DNA of 64,000 nt, from the NCBI RefSeq assembly GCF_964355755.1, contig NC_092680.1, positions 21,275,045-21,339,044 on the forward strand, given 5' to 3'. The notes under the pieces are model-generated. The model saw only the letters and a list, made by a program, of their open reading frames with translations. It made no database searches and was not told where the DNA came from. The stretch is from Antedon mediterranea (taxonomy: Eukaryota > Animalia > Echinodermata). Positions 51,801 through 64,000 of this stretch are shown here, in pieces (the first letter of the stretch is position 1; every line of letters begins with the position of its first letter). Both the position numbers and the translations under genes were made by a program.

Positions 51801-54800
51801 TCAAAGTAATTATTTAAACTATATAAAGTGCAGTTGGAAAATTGTTTACACATGGAACAGTAAATGAGGCCTATTGCATACACTACACTTGTCAAGATGT
51901 TTAGACATATGATGATTTGTAATAATTTATAGAAAACAACTAGCCACTGCAACTGTGTTGTTTATTGTCGTAATGTAAGAGTGGATTAGACTAATTCAGT
52001 TAAGCTTTTGATGATAAACTTAATCTTCCTTTTGAGTAAATACGTAGTCTTTCGTGGTATTATAATTACAATACTAACATATTCAATTCCGTTTATCTTA
52101 TATTGATGTACGTGATCGGAGGCCTAACGTTTCATCATCATCATCTTACAATTGATGTGACACCTAAACTGGTGAATATCATTTCAATATGTGCGATAAT
52201 TGCCATCAATATTTTTTTTTATCGTTATGATGATTTGAAAAGTCTCGCTTAATACAAACATTGTTCCAACGAGATACAAAGTTGAAATAATGACCACATT
52301 TTTGCTTATTGTAAGCAAAAGGCTGATTTTCTAATAAACGTATAAAATATACATTAGGACTTGGTGTTTGGAAGTAGTATGGTGGGTGTCACACAATAGC
52401 ATTTGTTCCAGCATGTAAATGTAGTGTCTTCTCAAACCTATCTAATTTGTATAACTGTATAAAGAGGTATAACATGTTTTTCTGTTTCTACAATCATTTT
52501 TTTTAATGACGTCATGTTAAAAAAAACTTCTCAGTGATTATACTGATAATTAATTGTGATTTTTAAAGACTAAAATAATTAATTAATAAATATCTTTGTC
52601 TCAGATCGTGTTGGTTGGTTAGTTTGCTGGTTTTTAATGACTTATCTGTTTATTTTTCAATTCCTAAATGGCCTAGGCGATAAAACTCACAAACACCCTA
52701 ATTAGTACTACTACCATTTTAACACACTCTACAAACCTCGTAATCATTGTTTCTAGTTTTATTATATTACAAGTCTAATGAATGACGTCATCAATTCTGT
52801 AATTAACGTACTTATCTGTAGAGCATTGCAGGTGCATTTAATTGGAGTAATTAGTATTAATATTCATAATTAATAATGAATGTATCATCAGACTAATCGT
52901 TGAAACACAACTAGCCACAAACAAAATTGCTTTAGTATTCATTTTTTATTATGCTTTTTATTATTCTAATAATTATAACTCTCTTATTATAGTTTGACGA
53001 CATTCCATACTAAAAGAAAGTTTTCACATGAGTCACAAAACTAGATAGACTCGAGTAATGTTAAATACAAGTAATGCTGATAACAACATTATATCAAGGC
53101 AATATAATAATTGCCTCATTGAAAGAAACCACATACCGTACTTTTTTACTGCTTTTTACTGTTTGTTTGTTAATGCAGATATTTTATGGGTTTTTTTTGT
53201 TGCAAATATGTAATATTCCTTGTAAATGCAGGCCCTTTATAACGTAATTAAGAAAAACGAATTCGTCTGTATAATTTATTGACTTGAAATGACATAGTTT
53301 TATTCAATCGATATCCTTCATCATCGTCCAATTTTTTTATTTATTTTTAGATAGCAGAGAAGGGAAATTATGATGAATTTATTGAGCTGTATCGGAGTAA
53401 ACCGGACCGAGTCAATTTTAAAGATAAGCGTGGTGCCGGTGTTCTACACCATTCGGTCAAAGGCAACAACATACAAATCATGGAGTTCCTCATATCTGAG
53501 GGCATTGGTAATATTCTATTTTACTCTTTTGTTTATGTTTGAAAGAAGTTTTACAATATGGAGTTTGTGAAATTCTAATTAATAAGTCTAGTCTTGAAAA
53601 TGTACCAAAATGCGAAAGTTTTCTTGAGGTTTTTTTTTACTTCTGCATGAGTTTGTCAACTCCGTCTACACGCAAACTTTTCTTGCCAAATGCTTGAGTT
53701 TGCTTGTGTTTTAAAACCAAAGTTTAGCTTAAATGATTAAATGATTTGAATTGTTGTTGTTTATCGTTTTATGTATTGCAATACATTCTGATGGGTTTCC
53801 CGCTGTCAAATTTAAATGAAAATAAAAAAAAAACACATCATCATTAGGTTATATTATCAACGGGAATCTTTTTTACACATATCTCCAACTTCTTATTGTT
53901 GTAATATTATCCTAACCAACCTACTTAAATTATTATCAACATTTGGTTTAAACAAAAAATGTTTAGTTTGATTTTTCTCAGAAACTCTATTATGTCATTT
54001 AGGCGTATATGAAAAACAACATGATCATGTAGTTTAGGTCTATCTCATGTTAGGGTTTATCTCAGAGATTTTATTTAATTTGAAAGAAATAAATATATAA
54101 TAAATATATATAAAATAAATTAATTGCAAAAAAAGAAAATATTATCCATTATCGTTGAAAGTCATGATTACTTCCATGTTTTAATCTTCCTCCTGATCTA
54201 TCATGTAAATAACGAGGCTTCAGTACAATGTGATAAATTACACGATTAACATTCATATAATAACTATATATTGCAACGGTACAGTCGCAAATCAGTACGA
54301 TGTTTTGCAATCTCAATTTCATTAATCAAGTTAACCTTCTTTGGTTTGCATAATGTTGTTAGTTCCGGAACATACACATTTACAATTCCACGGTAATTAA
54401 TTTCAACTTTATTTTGTACATTTCAACATTTCGCTTCGTGGATTCCATTTTGAAATTAGATTCTTCTTCTATCCTCTTTCGCGTCATATCATTACTACAA
54501 AGCTTTAAATTCATTCTGACAGCTTCATTTATTAAATCGCATGAAATGTAGACTCCTTTTGTCTACAAATTTAAACCGATCGATCAGTAAACATTAATAC
54601 GTCATAGCATCTTATAACTGTATCAAACTATTTCTAATGTATGTCAAGTGTGCTTATTTACTTTATGTAATATGTTGCTGTATTGACAACAGTAGTGCAA
54701 TGTATTTTGAGAATCTAATGTAATTTAGACCGAAAAGGAAAACTAAGAATAAAAAACAAATTTGCAGTTTCTTTTCATTTGAAATGAATAATGTATTAGA

Positions 54801-57800
54801 AAAATATGAATAATGTCAATAAAGGCTAAAATGAAATGGAAAATTAATAAGTTTTTGAAATAAAGAGATTTTATTTTAATAATATTCAAATGCTTTCGTT
54901 TATTTTCTATCCAAGGATGACAACCATGCTTGTTTTACATTCATGTTTTTGTTAAATGTGTTTAAAAAAAAGTATTTAAAATTCCCTGGCTGACTTTTGT
55001 GACTTTTACTGTATAAATGCCAAAGATGGCTTTTATCTATTCTAATCTTGTGTAGTTTGTTCAAAGGTTTTTTTTTAATTGTTGTGATTTATTTTTAATG
55101 TTTTATGGCCCTTTTTGAAAATTAACACGTGGAGAAATCTTTCCAAAATAAATATCTTTGAACGGAGATAAATGAGCCAGATAAAAAATGATATAATCAT
55201 ATATTATACAAATTAAAATTACACTTTTTCAATTATGTTCAGATGTCAATTTACAGGACTCCTCTCAAAACACACCTCTTCACTGGGCAGCTTTGTACGA
55301 CAAACCCGATGCTTGTCGATTGTTATTGTCAGAGTTTGGAGCCAATCCGAATATACTAAACGACTGCCATCAAGCCCCACTCCACATTGGATGTGATAAA
55401 AACTATACAAGCATTGTTGAGGTAAGTAAGAACATGTAATTTTTATTGGCAGTGAACATTACTAGAATAAAAAACTTCCATTTTATTCAATTTTTTTTCT
55501 AAAATTGATTTACCTCCCTCAGGAGAAAACAGAAAATAAAACAGTAAATTGTACAATATAAAAACACCGTTGATTTAAAATTCACATGGTTTATAGCATG
55601 TAAAAGAAAAATCAAAATGATTTTTAGAAATTCAATGTGCAAAATATGTAGGCCTCTCTTACAGACTACTACTTTACTATTTTAGTCTAGTTAAGCCTCT
55701 ATCTACTGTCATATAAATAAATAAATAAACTGCTAGATAGGCCTATTCTTGCTTTGTAGGCTTTAACCATTTTGTTTTTCTTGTCAATTGGATATAGAAA
55801 CCCCTAACAATCGAGAAAACACAATGTTTATATTATTTTATCTATTTTATTCAGATGGTACACAATTATATATCTTAGAGCATATATTATACAATATACA
55901 ATTCTTTTTTACTCTAAGATATATAACTAACTAAGTAAAAACCTCTATTTGACAATTTAAGCAATGCTTTTGCACATGCTTTCTCCATATGTGCAAAGAA
56001 GAACTATTTTGAAAGTGTTAATAGTTTAAATAATAACAGAAAAGTCTCCCAAGCCCATTATAATTTAATCAAACTCATTTGATTAATATGTTTCTTCAGA
56101 TTTTATGTAGTGAGAGCAAGACTGATATCAATTTAGCAGGGGATGCAGGACAAACCCCACTTCACTACTGTGCTGTTAAAGATAGTGTCGAAACCGCAAA
56201 CATACTGGTGAGTAGAACATCCATATCAATGTGAAGGAATTTCAGCCTAACTGTGCTGTATTACTAGCTCGCATATGTGAACGACAAAAAACTACTTTCA
56301 TCTCATTGCCGAAAAGCCCTCTTCCGATGCACTGTGTTCTTTAAAGTATAGGCCTATACGAGCCAGATGTGTAACCTGGACCTAAAATCCTTATCCGAGA
56401 AGAATTGTTCTACCACCAGAACAATGGTTGACGAGAGGCGTGAACCTGTGCTGATTTTATGGCTATGGTTTACGGTGAACCCTACCACTCGGCCACCTAA
56501 AGTAAAGTTTCTTTAAACCGTTTCTAAACTCAAGATTGTTATATCCATTCAGTCTTAGTCAGTGTCATCATAGCTACAAACTACCTTAATATATTATGAT
56601 CAGATCAGAAATAGCATGTAATAAAGATCCATTGTAATTAACGTTGTTGTTCTCAGATTCGAAAAGAAGCTAAAATGACGATACCAGATTCGAACGGAAT
56701 GTATGTGTTACATTCTGCTGCAACCCATGCCTCGTCTAGAGTGCTTGATCTGTTGTTTACAGAAGGTGAGAATGAAATATCATTTAATACATTTTCATTT
56801 CTTTCGTTATAGTTCATCGTGATTATTCAATAGAGCGCATCTCGCGTCTCAGCTCCGTGCACGATTTTCAAACTTTTGATTTGTTATTACGGAGAAAATT
56901 CTCACGCAACCATTTCTCATCATGGATGTGTTGGTTAAACTGTAGGTGGGTTACGTGCATCACGTAGGCCTCTACTTTGGGTAATAAGGAATATACATCC
57001 AATTTCCGCACATATATTCTAACATACGTCTTCATTTTATTTGCGACATAAATTATCACCGAGTCCAAATAAAATATTACTTTGATAGATTGTGTAGCCT
57101 ACTACTGTAATTGTTATTTCTGTTAATAAAAAACGATTCTTGTTTTCTATGTAAAATTAATCCTCGTTTACCTCAACATTACGTTACGTGTTGTTTGCAA
57201 ATTAAATCTGAGACTTGAAAATAAGTATGTTTGAGGCGTCGTTGCAAGCATGTATATATTGTATAAGCCTACAATATAAGTATTGTTCTGATTATGTTTA
57301 TCCAATAAGTAGAACTTCATTAAACAATTGTAAGAATGTTGAATCGTTGTCTTGATTTATAAAGAAAGTTGGAATTATTATAATATAATATAACTATGTG
57401 ACTGGATTGTGTCTCACAGGTGAGAAGTTTGGATGTACCAGAAAAAGCATGTTATCTCTGTTGGACCGAGAGCAGAATTCAGCATTACACTGCGCAGTGA
57501 ACGGTGGGGACATCAATGCAGTCAAACTCTGCTTAGATTTTGGGGTGGCATTGGACGTAAAACAGGTAAGGTTGTAAGGGCCTTTGTAGGCAGTATGTAT
57601 TCTATAAAATAGGTATTTTATAATACGTAGACAAGCTTATAGTATTTTGATCACTCTGCTACTTGTAAAATAGCCGATAATTTCCAAAATGTGTTCGGGC
57701 ATTTCTAAAACAATTCGGAATTAAAAAAGACTTAAATAGAGTAAATGGCATGATTATCGGGTCTGTATTGTGTTACAGCATAATATAGAAGCTATTAGTA

Positions 57801-60800
57801 GATAGACAGACTAGTTAATTTGCTACAATGGTGTTTTTTTATATTTTATAATTATACTATTATTTTTCATAGCCAGAAATCAGTTAGGTGATTTTTAAGA
57901 ACAACATGTTTTTCAATATCGCATTGAAAAACAACATAATTAAGTTTGAACAGCAAGTTTACTTTGATTATAATATTAACAGTTAAGAATACAAGGCTGG
58001 TGAAGATGGCCACTTAAGCTTCATTACCATGTCACATTTGTTTAATTATGTGCCTGTTTAATTAGCTTTTGAACTCGTGATGTCGACATGTAAACACTTT
58101 ACTAGTTGTTTTTATACATAGTGCTTTAGGCTACACGAACAACACTTAAAGAAACACGTTAGAAAGTTTAAAATCTAGTTCTCAGGTTTTTTTTCTCTGT
58201 TATTTAGAATTATTGAATTTCATACATACATTGGTTAAAGAGTGCCGCACGATATCTTGTTTTTGCTTTTAAGTTGGTCATCCTAGCTAGAGGATATAAT
58301 TTAAGTTGGTCATCCTAGAAGATATAATTCCATTATGTTTTCATTGTCAATAACCACCAATGTAAATAAGGACTCCGCAGGCTAGAGTGTAATAAATAAG
58401 ATAAAACGTCATATTGAGCTTATACAGAAAACAAAATACAATATATGCGTGACAATGTTTTAACAAAATTATTACCGATAAATAATGTAAATGTAAATAG
58501 TGATCGTTGTTAAACTAAGTACAGTATTGAATTAAGTTTCAATGTAATCATTTGTGTTGTTAATAGGCCTATGTCGTTATTTAACCGTCAGATGATCATT
58601 TGTGTTGTTAATAGGCCTATGTCGTTATATTTAACCGTCAGATGATCATTTGTGTTGTTAATAGGCCTATGTCGTTATTTAACCGTCAGATGATCATTTG
58701 TGTTGTTAATAGGCCTATGTCGTTATTTAACCGTCAGATGATAAATATCTTCCTGGTGTTTACTCATCTATTGAAGTTTAAATGAAATTAGCGGCGCAAT
58801 TATTTATCTGCTGTCTCTTAATCTCATACAGCGTCAGATGTATTATTAGATAATGATGATCATACATTTCTTAATATCAAGTTATTCATTGCAATGTAAA
58901 CACACAATATATATTTTATTACACCTTCGAGATGAACGCGAGTCAAAGTACTTGTAGAATATCACGAGTTGTTAGTAGTTGCTGTGATGTAGACCGCTAA
59001 ACTCGTGTTTACACGGTAACAGGTAGCTTGTGTTTTCTAATTGTTTGAAACGAAGTCTTGATTAATGACTATGAAAGCAAGTGTACTTTTATGATAAAGC
59101 TAATAGGAATTGGCACTGATTGAGAGCTTGTAATGAAGCACTTTCACGAAGTCAATTAAAGAATAAATGTCAGCCAATTTAATTAAAAGCATGACTCGCG
59201 AAAGCAGATATTGACTGTTACTATACATTGTTTTATGACTAGATGTATAATTAATACTATCATAAACGATTTTACGACATGGCTTGTTTTGAAAATCTTG
59301 TTAGTTGCTGAAATGTTGGATTCAAAGGAGCGTTAAACCACTGCACTTCCATTATGTGATTGTAATTAATAAATGGGTGTCAAATCTTTTATAATCAAAA
59401 CAGCTCAAAATATAGCTTGTTGATAATAATGAGTAAGCTATTTTGAGATGAATCAGCAATATTGTATCTTCACGTACGTCGTTACGAACGCGTCTCAGGT
59501 TGCATTGCGTCAGATGGTGTAATTCTTCACGTACGTCGTTAGGAACGCGTCTCAGGTTGCATTGCGTCAGATGGTGTAATCTTCACGTACGTCGTTAGGA
59601 ACGCGTTTCAGGTTGCATTGCGTCAGATGGTGTAATTCTCACTCGCATAGCAAACTATAATTGTAAATAAAACACAAAGCTTGATTTCAGTTAAAATTAA
59701 CCAGAGTAATCTTTAACACAAACTAATAATCATGAAGTACATTTTCATACATTATTTGGCAATTTTTAGAACAAAAACTCTAACTAGCTAGCAGCTGAAC
59801 ATATTCGAAACAAAATAAGGCTCTGTTTACACTATCAAACTTTATGTGACAACAAAAATGTGATGTGCCCATATATGGACATTATGATGTCAAATCCCTA
59901 TCATGTTGTGCATATCACTACCATATTTAGGCACATCAAACTTTTTTGTCATAAAAAGTTTGATAGTGTATAGACAGAGCTTTATTAAAACCTGCCCCTT
60001 CCGTCTTCCTGATTCCGATCATGATCAATGTTTGGTAAAGAACGAATCGCTCTGTGATGAAACTTGTTTTATTTTAGGATGATGGTTCAACGGCCATTCA
60101 TCTTGCGTGTTCTTTAGGCTGCTTGAAGATTATCAAACTGATGATTGAACGAGAACCAGGAAAGCATCTACTCGAGATTAAAGACAACCAAAACCAAACG
60201 CCACTACACAAGTAAATGCAACCATTTATTTGTAGCTTTAATGAACTGAATTCAACCATTGCTTAAGCTCTCAAGTCTACACTATCAAACCCCGTGATGT
60301 GCCCATATCAACCATTGCTTAAGCTCTCAAGTCTACACTATCAAACCCCGTGATGTGCCCATATCAACCATTGCTTAAGCTCTCAAGTCTACACTATCAA
60401 ACCCCGTGATGTGCCCATATATGGACATGATTATGTCATATCACTACCATATTTAAGCATATCACTACCATATGGGCATATTATTATTACACTTTTTTGA
60501 CAAACTAGTTTGATAGTAGACAGATTGGTTAAAAGTAAATTGGAAATAGTTGAATTCGCATAAACCATTAACCAAATTTGTTTATTGGGAAACAGGCTTA
60601 ATTTAATGTTTACTTTGCTTTTTTATTTTTGTTTATTGTCTTTCATTAGTTTGTCATGTACTGTTGAATGTATTGGGTCATAGTGAGACGAGAGCTGCTT
60701 ACTTTTATACATAATTGCAACGAACTCTTCGTTTCCAATACTGTTTGTTATTATAAATAAATAAATATACAAAGTTATAGAATCAACAATTAATCATTGA

Positions 60801-63427
60801 GCAATCCAACTAAATCATCTCCATTTATTATTCCAGAGCCGCCATGTTTGATCACGAAGAGCTTGTTAAACTTTTAATAAATGAGGTAACTTATTCACGT
60901 CAATAGGAAACGTACTACTTGGTATCTATAGTATAACATTATTTACCGGCAACAATAATCTGTATACGATATACCGTAAAGTAGTCGAAATTTCTTGATG
61001 AAACTGGTTTTTCTTTCTTTTATTTATTTTTTCTTTCCTTTTTTCACAGTACTGCAATATTTTTTAAACTGAGATAAACTTTCTGTCCACGTATGGTATC
61101 ATTGAGCCACCATTGTCATTAAATAAAGTAATTCTGTATTGTTGTTATTATTATAGGGTGCAAGTGTTGACCCGGTAGATACGCACAATCGTACTCCGTT
61201 ACTATTAGCAACAGCACGTGGAGGGTGGCGTACAGTACGTTTGTTGTTGTCACGTGGTGCAGACTACAACTGCGTCGACGGTCAAGACAGGAATATACTC
61301 CATCTTACAGCAATTAATGGCGCTGGACCATTTTTCTTTGGAAAAGAACTATTTAAGGTAAAGATTTTATTTAACTTTTGTTACGAATTAAAAATGAAAA
61401 TTTTCAAATTTAATCACGAATTTATGCGCATGTCCGAAACATATACAGCACATTTATGAAAGTTGATAACTACAACCGTAAAATGAAATAAGTCTTGGTT
61501 AACATTTCAATATGAAATTGTTCTTAAACGTTACCGTCATTTGTGTCATTAAATAATTCGAATCAAATAGTAATAAATATTAAATAACATGCCGCCAAGA
61601 ATCTTAATGTGCAGTTTTTATAGGCCCAAAGTAATAAGTTTAAGTTTTTACAGCTAAAACGTGAGAGTAGGCCTAGTTTGAATGAAGAAAATAGCTTGAA
61701 TACATTAATGTGCTTTAAGGAGAAACTAATTGTTTACTGAACATTGATATCAAATGTAATTGTTAAAAGGAAAATACCCGAAGACTAATAACATTACATT
61801 TATCTTTCTCAATTTCTACAGAAAATTAAGAAACGAAATTAATTAGTTACGAGGTTACAAATGTTAGGCTAATCTCTGATTGGCTGATCAGACGTTTAAT
61901 TTGACTGAATGGTTGTTTAAGAACAAAAACTAATTACATTCTCAATCACGATCCTTCTCCTTTTAATAATTGTATTAAGATTATAAATGAATCATAATGC
62001 ACGTGATGATTGTCCAGTCGGTCGTTCACTCGGATTGTCCTGTTGCTGTCACGTAACACCTGCGCAATCGGATCTAAAAAATGATATAACATAATAATAT
62101 GAACCAGTTTCTTATGATAATACACATTCCACTTAACGTCTGTGTATTAGTTTCTTTAAATCAATATTTGTTACTTTACAATTGTAAATAATATCCATTT
62201 CATGCATACGAACCTCATTATAGATAAAATAGCACAGTGAGCTTGGTGGTAACATACTTGCTTACCAATTTCCTAAGCTGGGTTCAACTCATGGTTCTAT
62301 CGCAGTACCATGGGTTTAATAGTAGTACACACTACTTCATTGACGAGCCTAGAATGCTTGGATTTCATTGGGACGTAATTGTCATATTTGCAATATAATA
62401 AACTAATAACGATATTTGTCGTTACTATTTGCATAATATAATAACAATAACGATATTTGTTGTAAGCAAATCACATTGTAATAGTAAACACACTACCTCA
62501 TTGACGAGCCTAGAATGCTTGGATTGAATTTTATTGGGATGTAATTGCAATATTTTGTTATAAACAAATCTCATTATTTGTTGTAAATAAATAAATCTTA
62601 TTGTAATTTTAGAATAGAACAGCGAGAGAACTGATAAACATGAAAGACTCTCATGGATGTACACCAATGCACTATGCCACAAAAGAAGGAAACATGAAAT
62701 CTGTTATGGGCTTAATCGAACTTGGAGCAACCGTCAACTCTAAAGATAAACACAAACAATCACCTTTACATTTTGCAGCCAAGTGAGTATAGAAATTGGT
62801 ATCATTACCTATGTAACGCCAATTATGGTAAAACTGCTTTAAAAAAGTCACGTTCGAAAAGTAAACCGCCAAACGAAATGGGCAAACGTTGAGTGTTTAA
62901 ATATACCTGTGTTTTTGTTTTACTTTTCAGTTTATTACAGCTGATATGACACGTAATTGTTATACATAACGAACCGACTTTCTTATTTATCCTTTTTTGT
63001 ATTCTCTTCTGCTACTGGTTGACGTGACGTCACTAACAGTCTACCCAATTTACCCTAGTTCAGTTGAACCATCCTTTTGTTTTTGATAATTTGATGGCAG
63101 ACACAAATACACCCAATGACACGCACACACAAAGTTTGTCATGTTAATGTATGGATACAAACATTATTGTTCGTGGTTTATCTTCCTACAGTAGTAATTT
63201 GTTAAAAGGTATCCGTCATGATTTCATTAAACGCGTCAACTTTAATTGATGTTCTTTGATAGATATGGGAGATTCAACTCATGTCGACGAATGTTAGACA
63301 GTCCTCATGGACAAATGATCATTAACGAAGCAGACGGTGAAGGCAAGACTGCTCTTCACATTGCCGCCATGAATGGACAAGCTAAAGTGGTCCAACTTCT
63401 ACTGCATAGAGGCGCCCTTCTTCATAA
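36821..63427 (+). CDS. TRPA1: TRPA1 channel, ankyrin-repeat N-terminal half, isoform with distal first coding exon A; 3'-partial
   Basis: Exon A 36821-37042 plus common exons 53351-53507, 55243-55421, 56100-56207, 56657-56765, 57420-57565, 60078-60211, 60837-60885, 61157-61357, 62613-62782, 63263-63427; all phases consistent. Serial TPLH ankyrin repeats; GCTPMHYA and QSPLHFAAKYGRFNSCRRMLDSPHGQMIINEADGEGKTALHIAAMNGQAKVVQLLLHRGALLH closely match recalled TRPA1 sequences. The channel domain lies beyond the window. Confidence 0.9.
37768..38083. mobile_element. TTAA-type MITE, copy 2 (inverted relative to 26274-26620)
   Basis: AAAGATGTATTGTCCCCC start; interior is the reverse complement of copy 1 (TTTTGTCATTTTATAAGTG, CGGAAGTGATTA, ATTTAATTAATCTTCATT). 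Confidence 0.75.
40600..40910. repeat. Degenerate ~120-135-bp tandem repeat, ~2.5 copies
   Basis: Recurring AAGCAAGTA..TCAGAAACA and ATGGCTTACATATGCAATTACTCTATCATACAATGAAAAAT. Confidence 0.8.
44401..44530. repeat. ~66-bp tandem duplication
   Basis: AACAATGCTTTTCTTAGCTAGTTTCTATCCCGTCA..GTGAACTTTGCTATTGTTTTAGCTTTCA twice. Confidence 0.9.
44899..45120. repeat. ~72-bp tandem repeat, 3 copies
   Basis: Unit TTGTTCACGGTAGGTTAACAGATCTTTCTTAGCATGTAGACTTTACTAGCCTAGGCCTTAATCAATGATCAT. Confidence 0.92.
45311..45522. repeat. 26-bp minisatellite, 8 copies
   Basis: Unit AGACTGATAGCTAAGATCGATGAATG. Confidence 0.96.
45559..45661. repeat. Near-perfect inverted repeat (~42-bp arms, 19-nt spacer)
   Basis: AGAAGTTTTGTTCTATTTACTATATTGACTTGATTTGTGTAT / ATACACAAATCAAGTCAATATAGTAAATAGAACAGAACTTCT, one T:G mismatch. 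Confidence 0.92.
48591..49336 (-). mobile_element. 5'-truncated L1/Tx1-clade non-LTR retrotransposon (ORF2 C-terminus, 3' UTR, poly-A)
   Basis: Minus strand reads CDKCGEIENENHLFFSCRFIQKYW (zf-RVT-type CCHC knuckle), open to the stop at 48966; T15 run at 48591-48605 is the poly-A tail; flanked by an exact 40-bp direct repeat (48551-48590, 49337-49376). Confidence 0.9.
50935..51132 (+). CDS. TRPA1: Alternative proximal first coding exon B of TRPA1 (66 aa)
   Basis: MSGLRRLSEIVDIARRAYIGG...WDDVLNDAYILK; ATG preceded by in-frame TGA (50929-50931); phase-0 donor AAA|GTAATG compatible with common exon 53351; GC-richer than flanks. Confidence 0.62.
56230..56500 (-). mobile_element. tRNA-derived SINE, degenerate
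   Basis: Minus strand begins GGTGGCCGAGTGGTA (A-box), then B-box-like GGTTCACGCC and a body containing CTCGGATAAGGA..AGGTCC..TAAAGAAC; 3' boundary approximate. Confidence 0.55.
58547..58742. repeat. ~48-bp minisatellite, 4 copies
   Basis: Unit ATCATTTGTGTTGTTAATAGGCCTATGTCGTTATTTAACCGTCAGATG. Confidence 0.94.
59467..59638. repeat. ~56-bp tandem repeat, 3 copies
   Basis: Unit TCTTCACGTACGTCGTTAGGAACGCGTCTCAGGTTGCATTGCGTCAGATGGTGTAA. Confidence 0.94.
59820..59981. mobile_element. MITE family B copy
   Basis: GCTCTGTTTACACTATCAAACTTT ... AAAGTTTGATAGTGTATAGACAGAGC. Confidence 0.85.
60252..60523. mobile_element. MITE family B copy with triplicated left end (56-bp unit)
   Basis: TCAACCATTGCTTAAGCTCTCAAGTCTACACTATCAAACCCCGTGATGTGCCCATA x3, then the MITE-B interior and right TIR AGTTTGATAGTAGACAGA. 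Confidence 0.8.
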
Positions 63428-63539
63428 GTAAGAATTAACACGTTGTTTCTGACGCGTCACACTAACATTTTAGCAACATTCTTACTAATTTGATATTTCT
63501 AATAATTGAAAATCTAAAGCACTATTGGTTAATTTCAAT

Positions 63540-63737
63540 GAACGCGTTTTTTTGCTTGGTATTAACGCGTTTTTTTGCTTGGTATTAACGCGTTTTTGTT
63601 GCTTGGTATTAACGCGTTTTTGTTTGCTTGGTGTACACGCATTTTGTTTGCTCAAGGTTGGTTGCTTCGTATCAACGCGTTTTTGTTTGCTTGATATTAA
63701 CGCGTTTTTGTTTGCTTGGTATATATCAACGCGTTTA
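63540..63737. repeat. Degenerate ~23-27-bp minisatellite
   Basis: Recurring GCTTGGTATTAACGCGTTTTT units. Confidence 0.85.
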
Positions 63738-64000
63738 CTGTTACAAATACAAATATTAAGAATTGGAATTGAAGCTTGCACCACCTCTAAATCTCAACGA
63801 TAAATGTCTAATGTCTTTTGCTTGAGTATCATTTTGCACAAACTACTACAAAGCTTACGTCCTTCTCTGCTTATTCCACGCACACTCAGCTAGATCATTA
63901 TACTCTATATCTTAACACTCTTCAATATCACTCTATCCGTTTTCTGCAAAATCTCTTAAACGCTTTCATTTCATGCTAACTGCATTTATACGTACTAGAC

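Noticed and set aside
53370-53570. ORF MMNLLSCIGV... as an independent gene
   Set aside because: Out-of-frame reading of the TRPA1 exon 53351-53507

Overview
AT-rich eukaryotic (animal, probably marine invertebrate; species not identifiable here) genomic DNA with GT-AG introns. Six spliced protein-coding genes were reconstructed by hand: the 3' part of an MFSD2A/B-like transporter (+, 409-6234), a LITAF-domain gene (-, 7498-9818), an unrecognised 148-aa two-TM protein (-, 12503-13611), syntaxin-7/12 (+, 15706-20687), STMND1-like stathmin-domain protein (-, 24575-27657) and the ankyrin-repeat 5' half of TRPA1 (+, 36821 to beyond the window end). Two things stand out. (1) Four full-length 141-nt U4 spliceosomal snRNA copies plus a 3' fragment lie on the sense strand inside two different MFSD2 introns, as a duplicated pair-unit with conserved PSE-like and 3'-box-like flanks and non-canonical Sm sites. 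(2) TRPA1 appears to have two mutually exclusive first coding exons 14 kb apart that join the common exon at the position of the insect TRPA1(A)/(B) isoform switch. The rest holds several MITE families, tRNA-derived SINEs, a Helitron-like element, a 5'-truncated L1/Tx1 insertion with a 40-bp target-site duplication, and many minisatellites. All homology calls are by eye from recalled sequences, not from database searches.
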